From contig CAZRLI010000001.1 in NCBI GenBank assembly GCA_964600535.1, positions 1 through 29,058 of the forward strand: a DNA stretch of 29,058 nucleotides. The letters run 5' to 3'. Positions 7,684 through 17,140 of this stretch are shown here, piece after piece. The notes beneath the pieces are model-generated. The model saw only the letters and a program-made list of their open reading frames with translations. It was not told the origin of the DNA and ran no database searches. This DNA is from an uncultured Steroidobacteraceae bacterium (GTDB lineage: Bacteria; Pseudomonadota; Gammaproteobacteria; Steroidobacterales; Steroidobacteraceae). A program made the translations under genes and the position numbers. The stretch's first letter is position 1. Each line of letters begins with the position of its first letter.

Positions 7684-9197
7684 CCGGTCGGCATCGAGTA
7701 ATCGGCTCCCGCGCGGATGCCGGTGGGCCAGCGCGAGGTGACGGTCTTCAGCCGGCTGTAGAAGCGCACCCCTTCCATGCCATACATGGAGGTATCGCCG
7801 AACAGGGAGCGCTTCCAGCCACCGAAACTGTGGAATGCGAGCGGCACTGGAATCGGTACGTTGATTCCGACCATGCCAACCTGGATCCTGGACGCGAACG
7901 TCCGGGCCGAGTCGCCGTCGCGCGTGAAGATGGCCGTGCCGTTGCCGAACTCGTGCGCATTGACCAGCTTCACCGCGGCATCAAACGTCGGCACGCGCGT
8001 GATCGTCAGCACCGGACCGAAGATCTCTTCACGATACACGCGCATGTTCACGGTGGCATTGTCGAACAGCGTGGGACCGAGGAAGTACCCGGGCGCGCGC
8101 GCCATTTCATGCTGCCGCCCGTCAACCAGCAATGTCGCGCCTTCCTTGACGCCCAGCTCGATGTACGCGCGCACTTTCTCGCGATGCTCGGCAGTGATCA
8201 GGGGTCCCATGTCATTGCTGTTGTCCGATCCCGGCCCGACCTTCAATCCGGCAATCCGTGGCAAGAGCCTTTCGAGCAGCGGTTCCGCGGAATGGCCGAC
8301 CGCCACCACCGCCGATATCGCCATGCACCGCTCACCGGCGGAGCCGTAGCCCGCACCCAGCAGCGCATCGGCGACCTGATCCATGTCGGCATCCGGCATG
8401 ACGACGAGGTGATTCTTGGCGCCGCCCAGCGCCTGCACCCGCTTGCCGTGTTGTGAGGCCGTGCGATAAACGTGCTCGGCCACCGGTGTCGAGCCGACAA
8501 AGCTGACCGCGGCGACGCGCGGGTCGCAGAGCAGCGCATTGACGGCCACATGATCGCCCTGCACCACGTTGAAGACGCCGGGCGGCAGCCCGGCCTCGCG
8601 CAGCAGCTCCGCCAGCTTGATCGAGCAACCCGGATCCTTCTCCGACGCCTTGAGGATGAATGTATTGCCGCAGGCAAGCGCCACCGGAAACATCCAGAGA
8701 GGCACCATTGCGGGGAAATTGAAGGGTGTGATGCCCACACAGACCCCCACCGGCTGCCGCATCGAATAGCAATCGACGCCGGTGCCGACCTGGTCCGAAT
8801 ATTCACCCTTGAGCAGATGTGGAATGCCGCAGGCGAAGTCAACGACCTCGAGCCCGCGCTGCAGCTCGCCCTTCGCATCGTGCAGGACCTTGCCGTGCTC
8901 CTCGGTGATGAGCGCTGCGATCTCGTCACGATCGCGCTCGATGAGGTTGCGCAGCCGGAACATGACCTGCGCACGCCGCGTCACCGGCGTCTGCGACCAC
9001 GCCACGAATGCCGCCTCCGCTGCGGCCACTGCCGCGGCGACATCCGCTTCGTCGGACATGGCGACCTCGGCACACTGCGCGCCCGAGGAGGAGTCGAATA
9101 CCGTGCCGGTTCGCCCGGATGACGACGGCTGTCGCTCGTCGTTGATCCAGTTCGCAACCAGCCGTGTGGGCTTCAATGCCTGTGCTTTCCCGGCCAT
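7680..9197 (-). CDS. mmsA: CoA-acylating (methyl)malonate-semialdehyde dehydrogenase, 505 aa
   Basis: TPFNFPAMVPLWMFP, KASEKDP, GGAKNH, AGERCMA, EIFGP, GINVPIPVP, FGGWKRSLFGD. SD GGAAGGAAG before ATG 9197. Confidence 0.95.
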   Translation of the reverse strand: MAGKAQALKPTRLVANWINDERQPSSSGRTGTVFDSSSGAQCAEVAMSDEADVAAAVAAAEAAFVAWSQTPVTRRAQVMFRLRNLIERDRDEIAALITEEHGKVLHDAKGELQRGLEVVDFACGIPHLLKGEYSDQVGTGVDCYSMRQPVGVCVGITPFNFPAMVPLWMFPVALACGNTFILKASEKDPGCSIKLAELLREAGLPPGVFNVVQGDHVAVNALLCDPRVAAVSFVGSTPVAEHVYRTASQHGKRVQALGGAKNHLVVMPDADMDQVADALLGAGYGSAGERCMAISAVVAVGHSAEPLLERLLPRIAGLKVGPGSDNSNDMGPLITAEHREKVRAYIELGVKEGATLLVDGRQHEMARAPGYFLGPTLFDNATVNMRVYREEIFGPVLTITRVPTFDAAVKLVNAHEFGNGTAIFTRDGDSARTFASRIQVGMVGINVPIPVPLAFHSFGGWKRSLFGDTSMYGMEGVRFYSRLKTVTSRWPTGIRAGADYSMPTG

Positions 9198-9606
9198 GCT
9201 TCCTTCCGATTGCAGGCTCGGGTCGCCCCCTGGGGTGGAACCATCCGCGCAACGGGCTGATTGCCTGCACGATGCGATAGTCACCGTGCCCCCGGGACCG
9301 ACTCGAATGCCTCCTGGGTGAAATCGAATCCCGGCCCTTGTAGCACTACGGGACTCGATGGTCGAGGCGGACTGCAGGTGTCGATACCCGGATCGGCCGG
9401 CCCCCGGCCCGACCGGGAGGCATGCTGACTTCCTGCCAGGATGCCGGATGAACGCGAGAGAGCCGATCGACCCGCTGCAGTGGTACGATCACGAGCGCGC
9501 CCGCGTGCAGTCAACAATGATGGCCCGTGCAACCTGGCGGCCGTTGGTCAGCAGCTGGCCGGCGCCACTGGGCGGGTATCGCGCGGCTGACGGAACGAAC
9601 ACAGGC

Positions 9607-10983
9607 ATGACGACTCCCCGCATCCCGGTCACGGTGCTCACCGGCTTCCTCGGCGCCGGCAAGACGACCCTCCTCAACCGCATCCTTACGGAGCGCCACG
9701 GCAAGCGCATCGCCGTCATCGAGAACGAGTTCGGCGAGGTCGGCGTCGACCAGGCGCTCGTCATCGGCGCCGAGGAAGAGCTCTTCGAGACCAGCAACGG
9801 CTGCATCTGCTGCACGGTGCGCGGCGACCTGCTGCGCATCCTCGGCCAGCTCATGCGCCGCCGCGACAAGTTCGACTATGTGCTGATCGAGACGACTGGG
9901 CTCGCCGACCCCGGTCCCGTCGCTCAGACCTTCTTCCTCGACGACGAGCTGCGCGAGCAGTTCGTGCTCGATGCGATCGTCACGCTGGTCGATGCGCGCC
10001 ACTTCGAGGGCCAGCTCGCGAGCGCGCGCGAGGCAGCCGAGCAGGTTGCGTTCGCCGACGTGATCGTGCTCAACAAGACGGATCTCGTTGACGAGGCGAC
10101 GCTCGCGCGCATCGAGTCGCAGGTGCGCGGCATGAATGCCACGGCGCAGGTGCATCGCGCACGCAATGCCGACGTGCCGATCGGGCGCCTGCTCGGTCTC
10201 GGTGCGTTCGACCTGTCGCGCGCGCTCGCCGTCGACGAGTCGTTCCTCGAGCCGCAGTACCCGTTCGAATGGGCCGGCGTGTACGAGCTGGCGGCGGGCA
10301 GGCACGCGCTGCGGGCGGGAGCCGCGCACGATCACGGTCATGATCATGATCACGCGCACGCGCATGAACCCGAACATGACCACGGCCACGCAGGCGTCGC
10401 CGCGGCGCTGCTGGCCGTGGCCGCGGCGACCCGCGAGGCGCTCGACGCAGCGGTCGAGGATGCGGTGCGCGCGTTCGCCGAGCCCGCTGTCCCGGTCCCC
10501 TGCGGTGGTGCGCTGCGGCCTGCACCACACCGCTACCGGCTCGATCTTGCCCACGACGGTGCGCTGGCTACGCTCGAGATTCCGGCCGCTGGAGCCTACG
10601 CGCTCTTCCTGGAGCACAACCCGGCACACGGCCTGGCGCTCAGCCCCGCGCCCCGTGCGCAGCGCGCTTTCGCGTCCCATTCCCACGCCGCCGGCATCGC
10701 CTCGATCGGCATCGACGACCTGCGCGCGCTCGACGCCACGAAGCTCAACGACTGGCTCTCCTACCTGCTGCAGAGCCGCGGCCAGGACATCTTCCGCATG
10801 AAGGGCGTGCTGAGCATCCAGGGCGAGGATCGCCAGTATGTCTTCCACGGCGTGCACATGATGTTCGACGGCCGCGCGGGTCGTGCATGGGGCGCGCAGG
10901 AGCGGCGCAACCGGCTCGTCTTCATCGGCCGCAACCTCGACCGCGCGGAGCTCGAGGCCGGGTTCGAGTCGGCGGTGGCGTGA
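9607..10983 (+). CDS. COG0523/CobW-family G3E P-loop GTPase metallochaperone, 458 aa
   Basis: [22 protein letters not shown] (CxCC), [12 protein letters not shown], His-rich tract, and CobW_C ([20 protein letters not shown]). Confidence 0.95.
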   Translation: MTTPRIPVTVLTGFLGAGKTTLLNRILTERHGKRIAVIENEFGEVGVDQALVIGAEEELFETSNGCICCTVRGDLLRILGQLMRRRDKFDYVLIETTGLADPGPVAQTFFLDDELREQFVLDAIVTLVDARHFEGQLASAREAAEQVAFADVIVLNKTDLVDEATLARIESQVRGMNATAQVHRARNADVPIGRLLGLGAFDLSRALAVDESFLEPQYPFEWAGVYELAAGRHALRAGAAHDHGHDHDHAHAHEPEHDHGHAGVAAALLAVAAATREALDAAVEDAVRAFAEPAVPVPCGGALRPAPHRYRLDLAHDGALATLEIPAAGAYALFLEHNPAHGLALSPAPRAQRAFASHSHAAGIASIGIDDLRALDATKLNDWLSYLLQSRGQDIFRMKGVLSIQGEDRQYVFHGVHMMFDGRAGRAWGAQERRNRLVFIGRNLDRAELEAGFESAVA

Positions 10984-12005
10984 CGGCGAAGCAGGCGCCC
11001 GCGCGGCTCGACGCGCTGTGGACCGTCGACATCGGCGACTTCCCGACCGCGCTTGCGTGGTTGCCCGACGGTTCGCAGCTTGCCGTGGGTGCCGCATCCG
11101 GCGAAGTCAGCCTGCTCGCGGCGGCCGGTGGCGCGCGGCGCGTGATCGGGCGGCACGAGAACGGCGTGCTCGCCGTGGCCGTTCGCGGTGACGGCGCCCG
11201 CCTTGCGTCGGCCGGCCAGGATCGCGAGATCGCGCAATGGCGCCTGCCGGATGGCGAGCCGCTGCATCGCTCGGCGCCTCGCAAGGCCTGGGTCGAGCAC
11301 CTCGCCTACCAGCCGGGCGGCCGGCTGCTCGCCTCGTCCGCCGGCCGGGCCGTCGAGCTCTGGTCCGAAACCGGGGAGTGCCTGCATCGCTTGGAGGATC
11401 ACGGCGGCGTGGTCGCCGCGATCGCATGGGACGGCGCAAGGCGCCTCGGCGCAGCCGCGTTCGGCGGCCTTTGGCTGCACTCGATTGGCCCGGGTGACTA
11501 CTCGACCGAGCTGCTGCCCTGGAAGGGCGCACCGCTCACGCTCGCGTGGAGCCCCAACGGCAAGGTGATCGCCTGCGGCATGCAGGATGCGAGCGTGCAT
11601 TTCTGGCGCCGCCCGGGCGGGCACCATTCGCAGATGTCGGGCTATGCGACCAAGGTGCGCGAGGCGAGCTGGAGTGCCAACAGCCGCTGGCTCGCGACCG
11701 GCGGCGGACAATCGGTGGTGTTGTGGGACTTCGGCGGCAAGGGGCCCGAGGGGACGCGCCCGGTGCAGCTCGAGGGACACACCGACCGCATCACCGCACT
11801 CGCCTTCCAGCGCGAGGGCGGGCACCTGGTCTCCGGCGGGCGCGACTGGCGACTGTCGCTGTGGCGCCCGGCGGGCAGCACGCAGGCCCTCGATGCGCAT
11901 CTGCTGGGCGCACCGCTGTGTGCGCTGGCCTGGTCGCCCGACAGCCGCCGCTTGGCCGCGGCGAGCGACAACGGCGAGATCGCCCTTTACGCGCTCGCCA
12001 CCTGA
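10980..12005 (+). CDS. WD40-repeat beta-propeller protein, 341 aa
   Basis: GTG overlaps the upstream TGA. Repeated units ([42 protein letters not shown]). Confidence 0.9.
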   Translation: MTAKQAPARLDALWTVDIGDFPTALAWLPDGSQLAVGAASGEVSLLAAAGGARRVIGRHENGVLAVAVRGDGARLASAGQDREIAQWRLPDGEPLHRSAPRKAWVEHLAYQPGGRLLASSAGRAVELWSETGECLHRLEDHGGVVAAIAWDGARRLGAAAFGGLWLHSIGPGDYSTELLPWKGAPLTLAWSPNGKVIACGMQDASVHFWRRPGGHHSQMSGYATKVREASWSANSRWLATGGGQSVVLWDFGGKGPEGTRPVQLEGHTDRITALAFQREGGHLVSGGRDWRLSLWRPAGSTQALDAHLLGAPLCALAWSPDSRRLAAASDNGEIALYALAT

Positions 12006-13108
12006 GGCGCGGTCACGCGGGCCCGCACGCCGAGCGAGGCGTAGGTCGCCAGCTGCGCCTGGAAGGCCTGCGTCCAGCTGAGGCGCAGCGCGCGCGCGCG
12101 CGCCGCGCGGCCGAGCGCGTCCATGTCCCGCCCGTAGACCGCGGCCACCGCATCCGCAAAACTCGCGGCGTCGCCCGGCTCGGCGAGGAGCCCCACCTGT
12201 TCGTCGACGAGCTCGGGGATCGCACCCGCGCGTGTCGCAACGACTGGCCGCCCGCAGGCAAGCGCCTCCACGATCACGAGGCCGAAGGTTTCGCGGGTGC
12301 CGGCGTGCACGAGCGCGTCGCAGGAGGCGATCCAGCGCGCCAGCTCGGCGCTGTCGCGCCGATAGGGAATCGCGGTGACGTTGGGCGCGAACTGCTTCGC
12401 CTCGCCGCCGCCGATCAGCAGCAGGTGGTAAGGCTTGCCGAGGCGCGCGAAGGCATCGAACAGGACCGGCAGGTTCTTCTCGCCGGAAAACCGCCCGGCA
12501 TAGACCAGCAGCCGCGCATCGTCCCGCAGGCCGAGCTCGCGCCGCAGGTCGAGCGTGCGCTGCCCCGGGTGGAAGGTATCGGTGTCCACGCCGAGCGGCT
12601 GGCATGCGACGCGCGAGATGCCGAGGTCGCGGAGGTAGTCGCGCATGAAACGGCTGGGCGCGAGCACCGCATCGAAGCGCGCATAAAGCCAGCGCACGTA
12701 GCGCGCAAAGCCCCCACCGATCACGCTGCCCATGCGTTGCGTCACGAGTTGCGGCAGGTTCGAGTGGAAGAAGGCGACCAGCGGGATGCCACGGCGCTGC
12801 GCGACCTGCGCCGCGCACCAGGCCGGGTGGAACGCGTCGCCCACCTCGATCAGGTCGGGCTCGAGCGCGGCGAGCATCGCGGACCAGCGCGGCGGCTCGA
12901 GCGGCAGCCGGTAGTTGAACGTGCCCGGCACCCGGATGCCGCGCAGCGTCGAGAGGCCGCCGGGCTCCAGCTGATCACGTTCGCCGGGCACGAGCAGCGT
13001 GTGCCGCCACGGCGTGTGCGCCGCGTACCACGCGTGCTTGGCGGTCAGGTAGCGCCTGACGCCGCCGCTCGTCGGCGAGAAGAAAACGGTTGTGTCGACG
13101 ACATGCAT
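11987..13108 (-). CDS. GT4-family (GT-B) glycosyltransferase, 373 aa
   Basis: MHVVDTT.F.P.SGGVRRYL, LVYAGRFSGEKN, and ETFGLVIVEALACG (Ex7E motif). Confidence 0.92.
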   Translation of the reverse strand: MHVVDTTVFFSPTSGGVRRYLTAKHAWYAAHTPWRHTLLVPGERDQLEPGGLSTLRGIRVPGTFNYRLPLEPPRWSAMLAALEPDLIEVGDAFHPAWCAAQVAQRRGIPLVAFFHSNLPQLVTQRMGSVIGGGFARYVRWLYARFDAVLAPSRFMRDYLRDLGISRVACQPLGVDTDTFHPGQRTLDLRRELGLRDDARLLVYAGRFSGEKNLPVLFDAFARLGKPYHLLLIGGGEAKQFAPNVTAIPYRRDSAELARWIASCDALVHAGTRETFGLVIVEALACGRPVVATRAGAIPELVDEQVGLLAEPGDAASFADAVAAVYGRDMDALGRAARARALRLSWTQAFQAQLATYASLGVRARVTAPQVASA

Positions 13109-13154
13109 GGTCGTGATCGAGCTGAACCGCCCCGCACCCCTGCCGGGCCTGCCG

Positions 13155-13183
13155 ATTGCACCCGCCTGCCGCAGATGTGTCAA
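13155..13183 (-). promoter_or_regulatory. Sigma70-like promoter for the glycosyltransferase gene (TTGACA-17-TGCAAT)
   Basis: The minus strand reads TTGACA (13183-13178), a 17-nt spacer, then TGCAAT (13160-13155). Confidence 0.5.
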
Positions 13184-13192
13184 GCTTCGGCA

Positions 13193-14503
13193 ATGAGAAC
13201 GATTCCGGTGACCCTCGCCGCGGTCGTCGTGGCGGCCATCGGCCCTGCGGCGCACGCGGACCCCGGCGATGCCGCCATCGCCGCGCTCGTCGCGCAGGAG
13301 ACGCCGCGCGTGGTCCAGTGGCGGCGCGACTTCCACCAGCACCCGGAACTGTCGAATCACGAGGTGCGCACGGCGGGCATCGTCGCGCAACACCTGCGGC
13401 GGCTCGGCCTCGACGTTCGGACGGGCGTCGCCAAGACCGGCGTCGTCGCGGTGCTCGAGGGTGCCCGCCCCGGACCGACCGTCGCATTGCGCGCCGACAT
13501 GGACGCGTTGCCGGTCATCGAGCGGACCGACGTGCCGTTTCGCTCCACGGCCACCGCGACCTACCGTGGCGAGACGGTGGGCGTCATGCACGCCTGCGGC
13601 CACGATGCGCACACCGCGATCCTGATGGGCGTCGCGGAAATCCTCGCGGGCATGCGCGCCGACCTGCCGGGAAAGGTGATGTTCCTTTTCCAGCCTGCGG
13701 AGGAAGGGCCGCCCGAGGGCGAGGACGGCGGCGCGCCGCTGATGCTGAAGGAAGGCGTGTTTGCGAAGCTCAGGCCCGACGCCCTCTTCGGCCTGCATGT
13801 CTTCTCGACACTGCCTGCGGGCGAGATCGGCTATAGGCCCGGCGCATTCATGGCGGGTTCCGATGGTTTCCGCCTGGTCGTCGACGGACGCCAGACGCAC
13901 GGCGCGCGGCCCTGGGCGGGCATTGACCCGATCGTCGTGTCGTCGCAGATCGTGTCGGCCCTGCAGTCGGTCGTGAGCCGGCAGGTGGATCTCACGCTGA
14001 ATCCGGCGATCGTCACCGTCGGCACGATCCGCGGCGGCACGCGCGGCAACATCATCCCGGATGCGGTGGAAATGACGGGTACGATTCGCAGCTACGATCC
14101 CGCGCAGCGCAGTGACGTGCTCGCGCGCGTGGAGCGCACGGCGGTGCATATCGCGCAGGCGAGCGGCGCGACGGCGAAGTTCACTCTTTCGGGACGCCCG
14201 AACCCGGTCACCTGGAACGATCCCGCGCTGACCCGGCGCGCGGTGCCGACACTCACGCGCGTGGCCGGCGAGGGCCGGATCCGCGAGATCGGGCTGCAGA
14301 CACCGTCGGAGGATTTCTCCTATTTCGCGCGCGAGGTGCCGAGCCTCTTCTTCTTCGTCGGCGTGGCGAAACCGGGCGTGCCGGCTGCCGAGGTGGCCGA
14401 CAACCATTCACCGCTCTTCTACGTCGACGAAAGCGCGCTGCCGGTGGGCGTGCGCGCGCTCACGCAGCTCGCGGTCGATTACCTCACAGGGCGGATGCAA
14501 TAG
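13193..14503 (+). CDS. M20D-family amidohydrolase with signal peptide, 436 aa
   Basis: [47 protein letters not shown]-terminal signal ending AAHA. Confidence 0.93.
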   Translation: MRTIPVTLAAVVVAAIGPAAHADPGDAAIAALVAQETPRVVQWRRDFHQHPELSNHEVRTAGIVAQHLRRLGLDVRTGVAKTGVVAVLEGARPGPTVALRADMDALPVIERTDVPFRSTATATYRGETVGVMHACGHDAHTAILMGVAEILAGMRADLPGKVMFLFQPAEEGPPEGEDGGAPLMLKEGVFAKLRPDALFGLHVFSTLPAGEIGYRPGAFMAGSDGFRLVVDGRQTHGARPWAGIDPIVVSSQIVSALQSVVSRQVDLTLNPAIVTVGTIRGGTRGNIIPDAVEMTGTIRSYDPAQRSDVLARVERTAVHIAQASGATAKFTLSGRPNPVTWNDPALTRRAVPTLTRVAGEGRIREIGLQTPSEDFSYFAREVPSLFFFVGVAKPGVPAAEVADNHSPLFYVDESALPVGVRALTQLAVDYLTGRMQ

Positions 14504-16628
14504 GCAGGCGGCGGATGCGCTTGCCGGTCGCGGCGAAGATCGCGTTGACGACCGCCGGCGCCACGGGCGGCACGCCCGGTTCGCCGGCGCCGCCCATTGG
14601 CCCGTCGCTCGCGACGATGAGCGTGTCGACGAACGGCATCTCGTCGATCCGCAGCAGCCGGTAGTCGTCGAAGTTCGATTGCACCGCGCCGCCCCGCTCG
14701 AGGCCGATCTCGCCGTAGAGCGCCGCGGACAGGCCGAAGACCACCGCGCTCTCCATCTGCGCGATCACGCCGGCCGGGTTCACCGCCAGTCCGCAGTCGA
14801 TCGCGCAGGTCATGCGGTGCACGCGCAGCGCGCCGTCCTCGACCGACACTTCCGCCACCTGCGCGACGATGCTGCCGAAGGACTCCTGCAGCGCGATGCC
14901 GAGATGCCGGCCCCGCGCGCGCGGCTGGCCCCAACGTGCGCGCCGGGCCGCGGCGTCCAGCACCGCGAGATGGCGCGGCTTGCCGGCGAGCAGCGCGCGG
15001 CGCAGCTCGAGCGGGTCGCGGCCGCCGAGCTGCGCGAGTTCATCGAGCACGCCATTGACCACGAAGCCCGTATGCGAATGGCCCACCGAGCGCCACCACT
15101 GCACCGGCACCGGTGACGCGGCCTCGTGTACCTCGACGCGCAGGTTCGGGATCGCCCACGGCATGTCGTCGGCGCCTTCCGCGACGGTCGGATCCGGCTG
15201 GCCGGCGCGAATGAAGCCCTCGAATGGCGAGCCGCGCAGCACGGGTTGCGCGGCGATCGTGTGATGCCAGGCAACGGGCAGGCCCGACGCGTCGATCGCG
15301 GCGCGCACGCGGGAGAGGCCGAAGGGCCGGTACCAGCCACCGCGCATGTCATCCTCGCGCGTCCAGGTGACCTTGACGGGGCGACCCGCGGACTGCGCGA
15401 GCTCGACGGCCTCGAGGACGAAATCCGAGCGCGGATTGCCGCGGCGACCGAACCCGCCGCCGAGGAAAGTGGTGTGGATCCGCACCTGCCCGGGCGCCAT
15501 CCCGAGCAGCGCGGCGGCGGCGTTGCGATCGGCCGTCTGCATCTGCGTGCCGGTCCAGATCTCGCAGCCTTCCGCGGTCACGTGCGCGACGCAGTTGAGC
15601 GGCTCCATGCAGGCGTGCGCGAGATAGGGCAATTCGTACTCGACGTCGAGGCGGCGGGTGAGGTTGCCGAGCGTGGCGACGGCATCCCCGGTGTTCCTCG
15701 TGGTCGCGCCGGGCGTGCGCAACAGCGCCCGGTAGCGCGTGCGCAGCGCATCGAGCGAGAGATCCGGCTCGGGGCCCGGTGCCCAGTCGATCACCAGGGC
15801 ATCGCGCCCCTGGCGCGCCGCCCAGGTGTTGCTGGCGAGCACCGCGACGCCGGCCGAGATCTTCCTGACATCGAGCACCCCGGCGATGGCGCGGGCTGCG
15901 CGCTCGTCGACCGAGCGCACGCTGCCGCCAAACATCGGCGCACGCGCGATCACGGCATGGGCCATGTCGGGGCGAATCACGTCGATGCCGAAGAGCGCCC
16001 GGCCGGTCACCTTGGGTGGCGTGTCGAGGCGTCGCAGCGGGCGGCCGATGTAGCGGAACTTCGCGGGGTCCTTGAGCGCGACGTCCCGCGGCGGCGCGAG
16101 CCGGCCCGCGTCGACCGCGAGCTCGCCGTACCTGGCGCGCCGACCGTCGCCCACGACCACGCCGTCCGCGGCCTCGAGCCCGGCGGCCGCCACGCCCCAG
16201 CGATGCGCCGCGGCCGCGACCAGCATGGTGCGGGCGGTCGCACCCGCCTTGCGCAGCTGCTCGTAGCTCGAATTCGTGCTCATGCTGCCACCCGTGAACT
16301 GCATCGGCACGGCGGGGTGGTTGAAGGCGGCATCGACCGGCGCAAACTCGACCTTGATGCGCCGCGGGTCGACGTCGAGCTCCTCGCCGAGGATCTGCGT
16401 GAGGCCCGTATAGATGCCCTGGCCCATCTCCGACTTGGCGAGCCACACGGTCACGGTGTCGTCGGGCGCGACATGCACGAATGCATTCGGCGAGAGGCCG
16501 GGGCCGCGCCCGGTCGCCATGGCGCCCGCCGGCCCTCCGCGCCCCGCGAAGTACCAGGGCACGATGAGGCCCGTCGCGACGACTCCGCCGCCGACCAGGA
16601 ACATGCGCCGGCTGGTTGGCGCGCTCAT
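14484..16628 (-). CDS. iorB: Isoquinoline 1-oxidoreductase beta-like molybdopterin subunit (xanthine oxidase family), 714 aa
   Basis: Tat-like SRRMFL plus hydrophobic stretch, [42 protein letters not shown]. Confidence 0.9.
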   Translation of the reverse strand: MSAPTSRRMFLVGGGVVATGLIVPWYFAGRGGPAGAMATGRGPGLSPNAFVHVAPDDTVTVWLAKSEMGQGIYTGLTQILGEELDVDPRRIKVEFAPVDAAFNHPAVPMQFTGGSMSTNSSYEQLRKAGATARTMLVAAAAHRWGVAAAGLEAADGVVVGDGRRARYGELAVDAGRLAPPRDVALKDPAKFRYIGRPLRRLDTPPKVTGRALFGIDVIRPDMAHAVIARAPMFGGSVRSVDERAARAIAGVLDVRKISAGVAVLASNTWAARQGRDALVIDWAPGPEPDLSLDALRTRYRALLRTPGATTRNTGDAVATLGNLTRRLDVEYELPYLAHACMEPLNCVAHVTAEGCEIWTGTQMQTADRNAAAALLGMAPGQVRIHTTFLGGGFGRRGNPRSDFVLEAVELAQSAGRPVKVTWTREDDMRGGWYRPFGLSRVRAAIDASGLPVAWHHTIAAQPVLRGSPFEGFIRAGQPDPTVAEGADDMPWAIPNLRVEVHEAASPVPVQWWRSVGHSHTGFVVNGVLDELAQLGGRDPLELRRALLAGKPRHLAVLDAAARRARWGQPRARGRHLGIALQESFGSIVAQVAEVSVEDGALRVHRMTCAIDCGLAVNPAGVIAQMESAVVFGLSAALYGEIGLERGGAVQSNFDDYRLLRIDEMPFVDTLIVASDGPMGGAGEPGVPPVAPAVVNAIFAATGKRIRRLPIASAL

Positions 16629-17089
16629 CGCGGCGACTCGAGCAGCTCGGAGGCGCGCTTGATCGCGGCCCGGATGCGCTGGTAAGTGCCGCAACGACAG
16701 AGGTTCCCGCGCATCGCGGCGTCGATGTCGGCATCGGTGGGCCTGGGCGTGTCGGCCAGCAGTGCCGCCGCCGACATGATCTGCCCGGACTGGCAGTAGC
16801 CGCATTGCACGACATCGAGCTCGGCCCACGCGCGTTGCACGGGATGGCTGCCGTCGTCCGACAGGCCTTCGATGGTCGTGACGCGGCGACCCGCCACCGC
16901 GGCGAGCGGCGTGACGCAGGCGCGCGCCGGCGCGCCATCGAGGTGGATGGTGCAGGCCCCGCACAGCGCCTTGCCGCAGCCGTACTTCGTGCCGGTCAGG
17001 CCGGCGAGGTCGCGCAGCGCCCAGAGCAGCGGCATGGCGGGATCGGCGTCCAGCTCGTGGCGCACGCCGTTGATTTCGAGTGCAATCAT
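16625..17089 (-). CDS. iorA: [2Fe-2S]-binding small subunit (IorA/CoxS-like), 154 aa
   Basis: [15 protein letters not shown] and [25 protein letters not shown] overlap with iorB. Confidence 0.93.
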   Translation of the reverse strand: MIALEINGVRHELDADPAMPLLWALRDLAGLTGTKYGCGKALCGACTIHLDGAPARACVTPLAAVAGRRVTTIEGLSDDGSHPVQRAWAELDVVQCGYCQSGQIMSAAALLADTPRPTDADIDAAMRGNLCRCGTYQRIRAAIKRASELLESPR

Positions 17090-17140
17090 GGCGCCGATGT
17101 TACGAGGTTGGCTATGCTGGCAGCAAAAGGGGAGCAGCTG

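Larger units (their letters stand above)
2320..9600. other. Putative horizontally acquired catabolic block (boundaries approximate)
   Basis: By eye, more A/T-rich codons and rare Arg/Ile codons (AGG AGG GTA AGA near 3305; AGA ATA near 4827) than in the flanking genes. Functionally coherent gene set. No integrase seen. Confidence 0.45.

Noticed and set aside
9197-9208. CGGAAGGAAGCA on the minus strand, matching the SRP (4.5S) RNA core
   Set aside because: The required upstream CAGG half of helix 8 and the long stem are absent. The sequence is simply the mmsA Shine-Dalgarno region.
9284-9307. Possible tRNA gene or attR on the minus strand (TTCGAGT...GGGGCAC)
   Set aside because: No T-stem pairing, no CCA, no cloverleaf, and low identity to the left-edge element. 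Kept only as weak context in the tRNA-like finding.
9564-9570. GCCACTG upstream of the cobW-like gene, suggesting a cobalamin riboswitch
   Set aside because: No accompanying GGGAA/GGAAG B12-box elements or recognisable architecture. A 7-mer match is expected by chance in GC-rich DNA.
9358-9606. In-frame N-terminal extension of the COG0523 gene ([17 protein letters not shown]...)
   Set aside because: COG0523 proteins begin just before the [15 protein letters not shown] motif. The extension has no recognisable homology, so ATG 9607 was chosen.
9198-9606. Zur box upstream of the COG0523-WD40 pair
   Set aside because: No AT-rich palindrome resembling the proteobacterial Zur consensus is visible.
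11546-14503. 985-aa plus-strand ORF and the 806-aa minus-strand ORF (11987..14407), suggesting giant fusion proteins
   Set aside because: Only the 3' parts are real (M20D from 13193, GT4 from 13108). The extensions are stop-free antisense frames of neighbouring high-GC genes.
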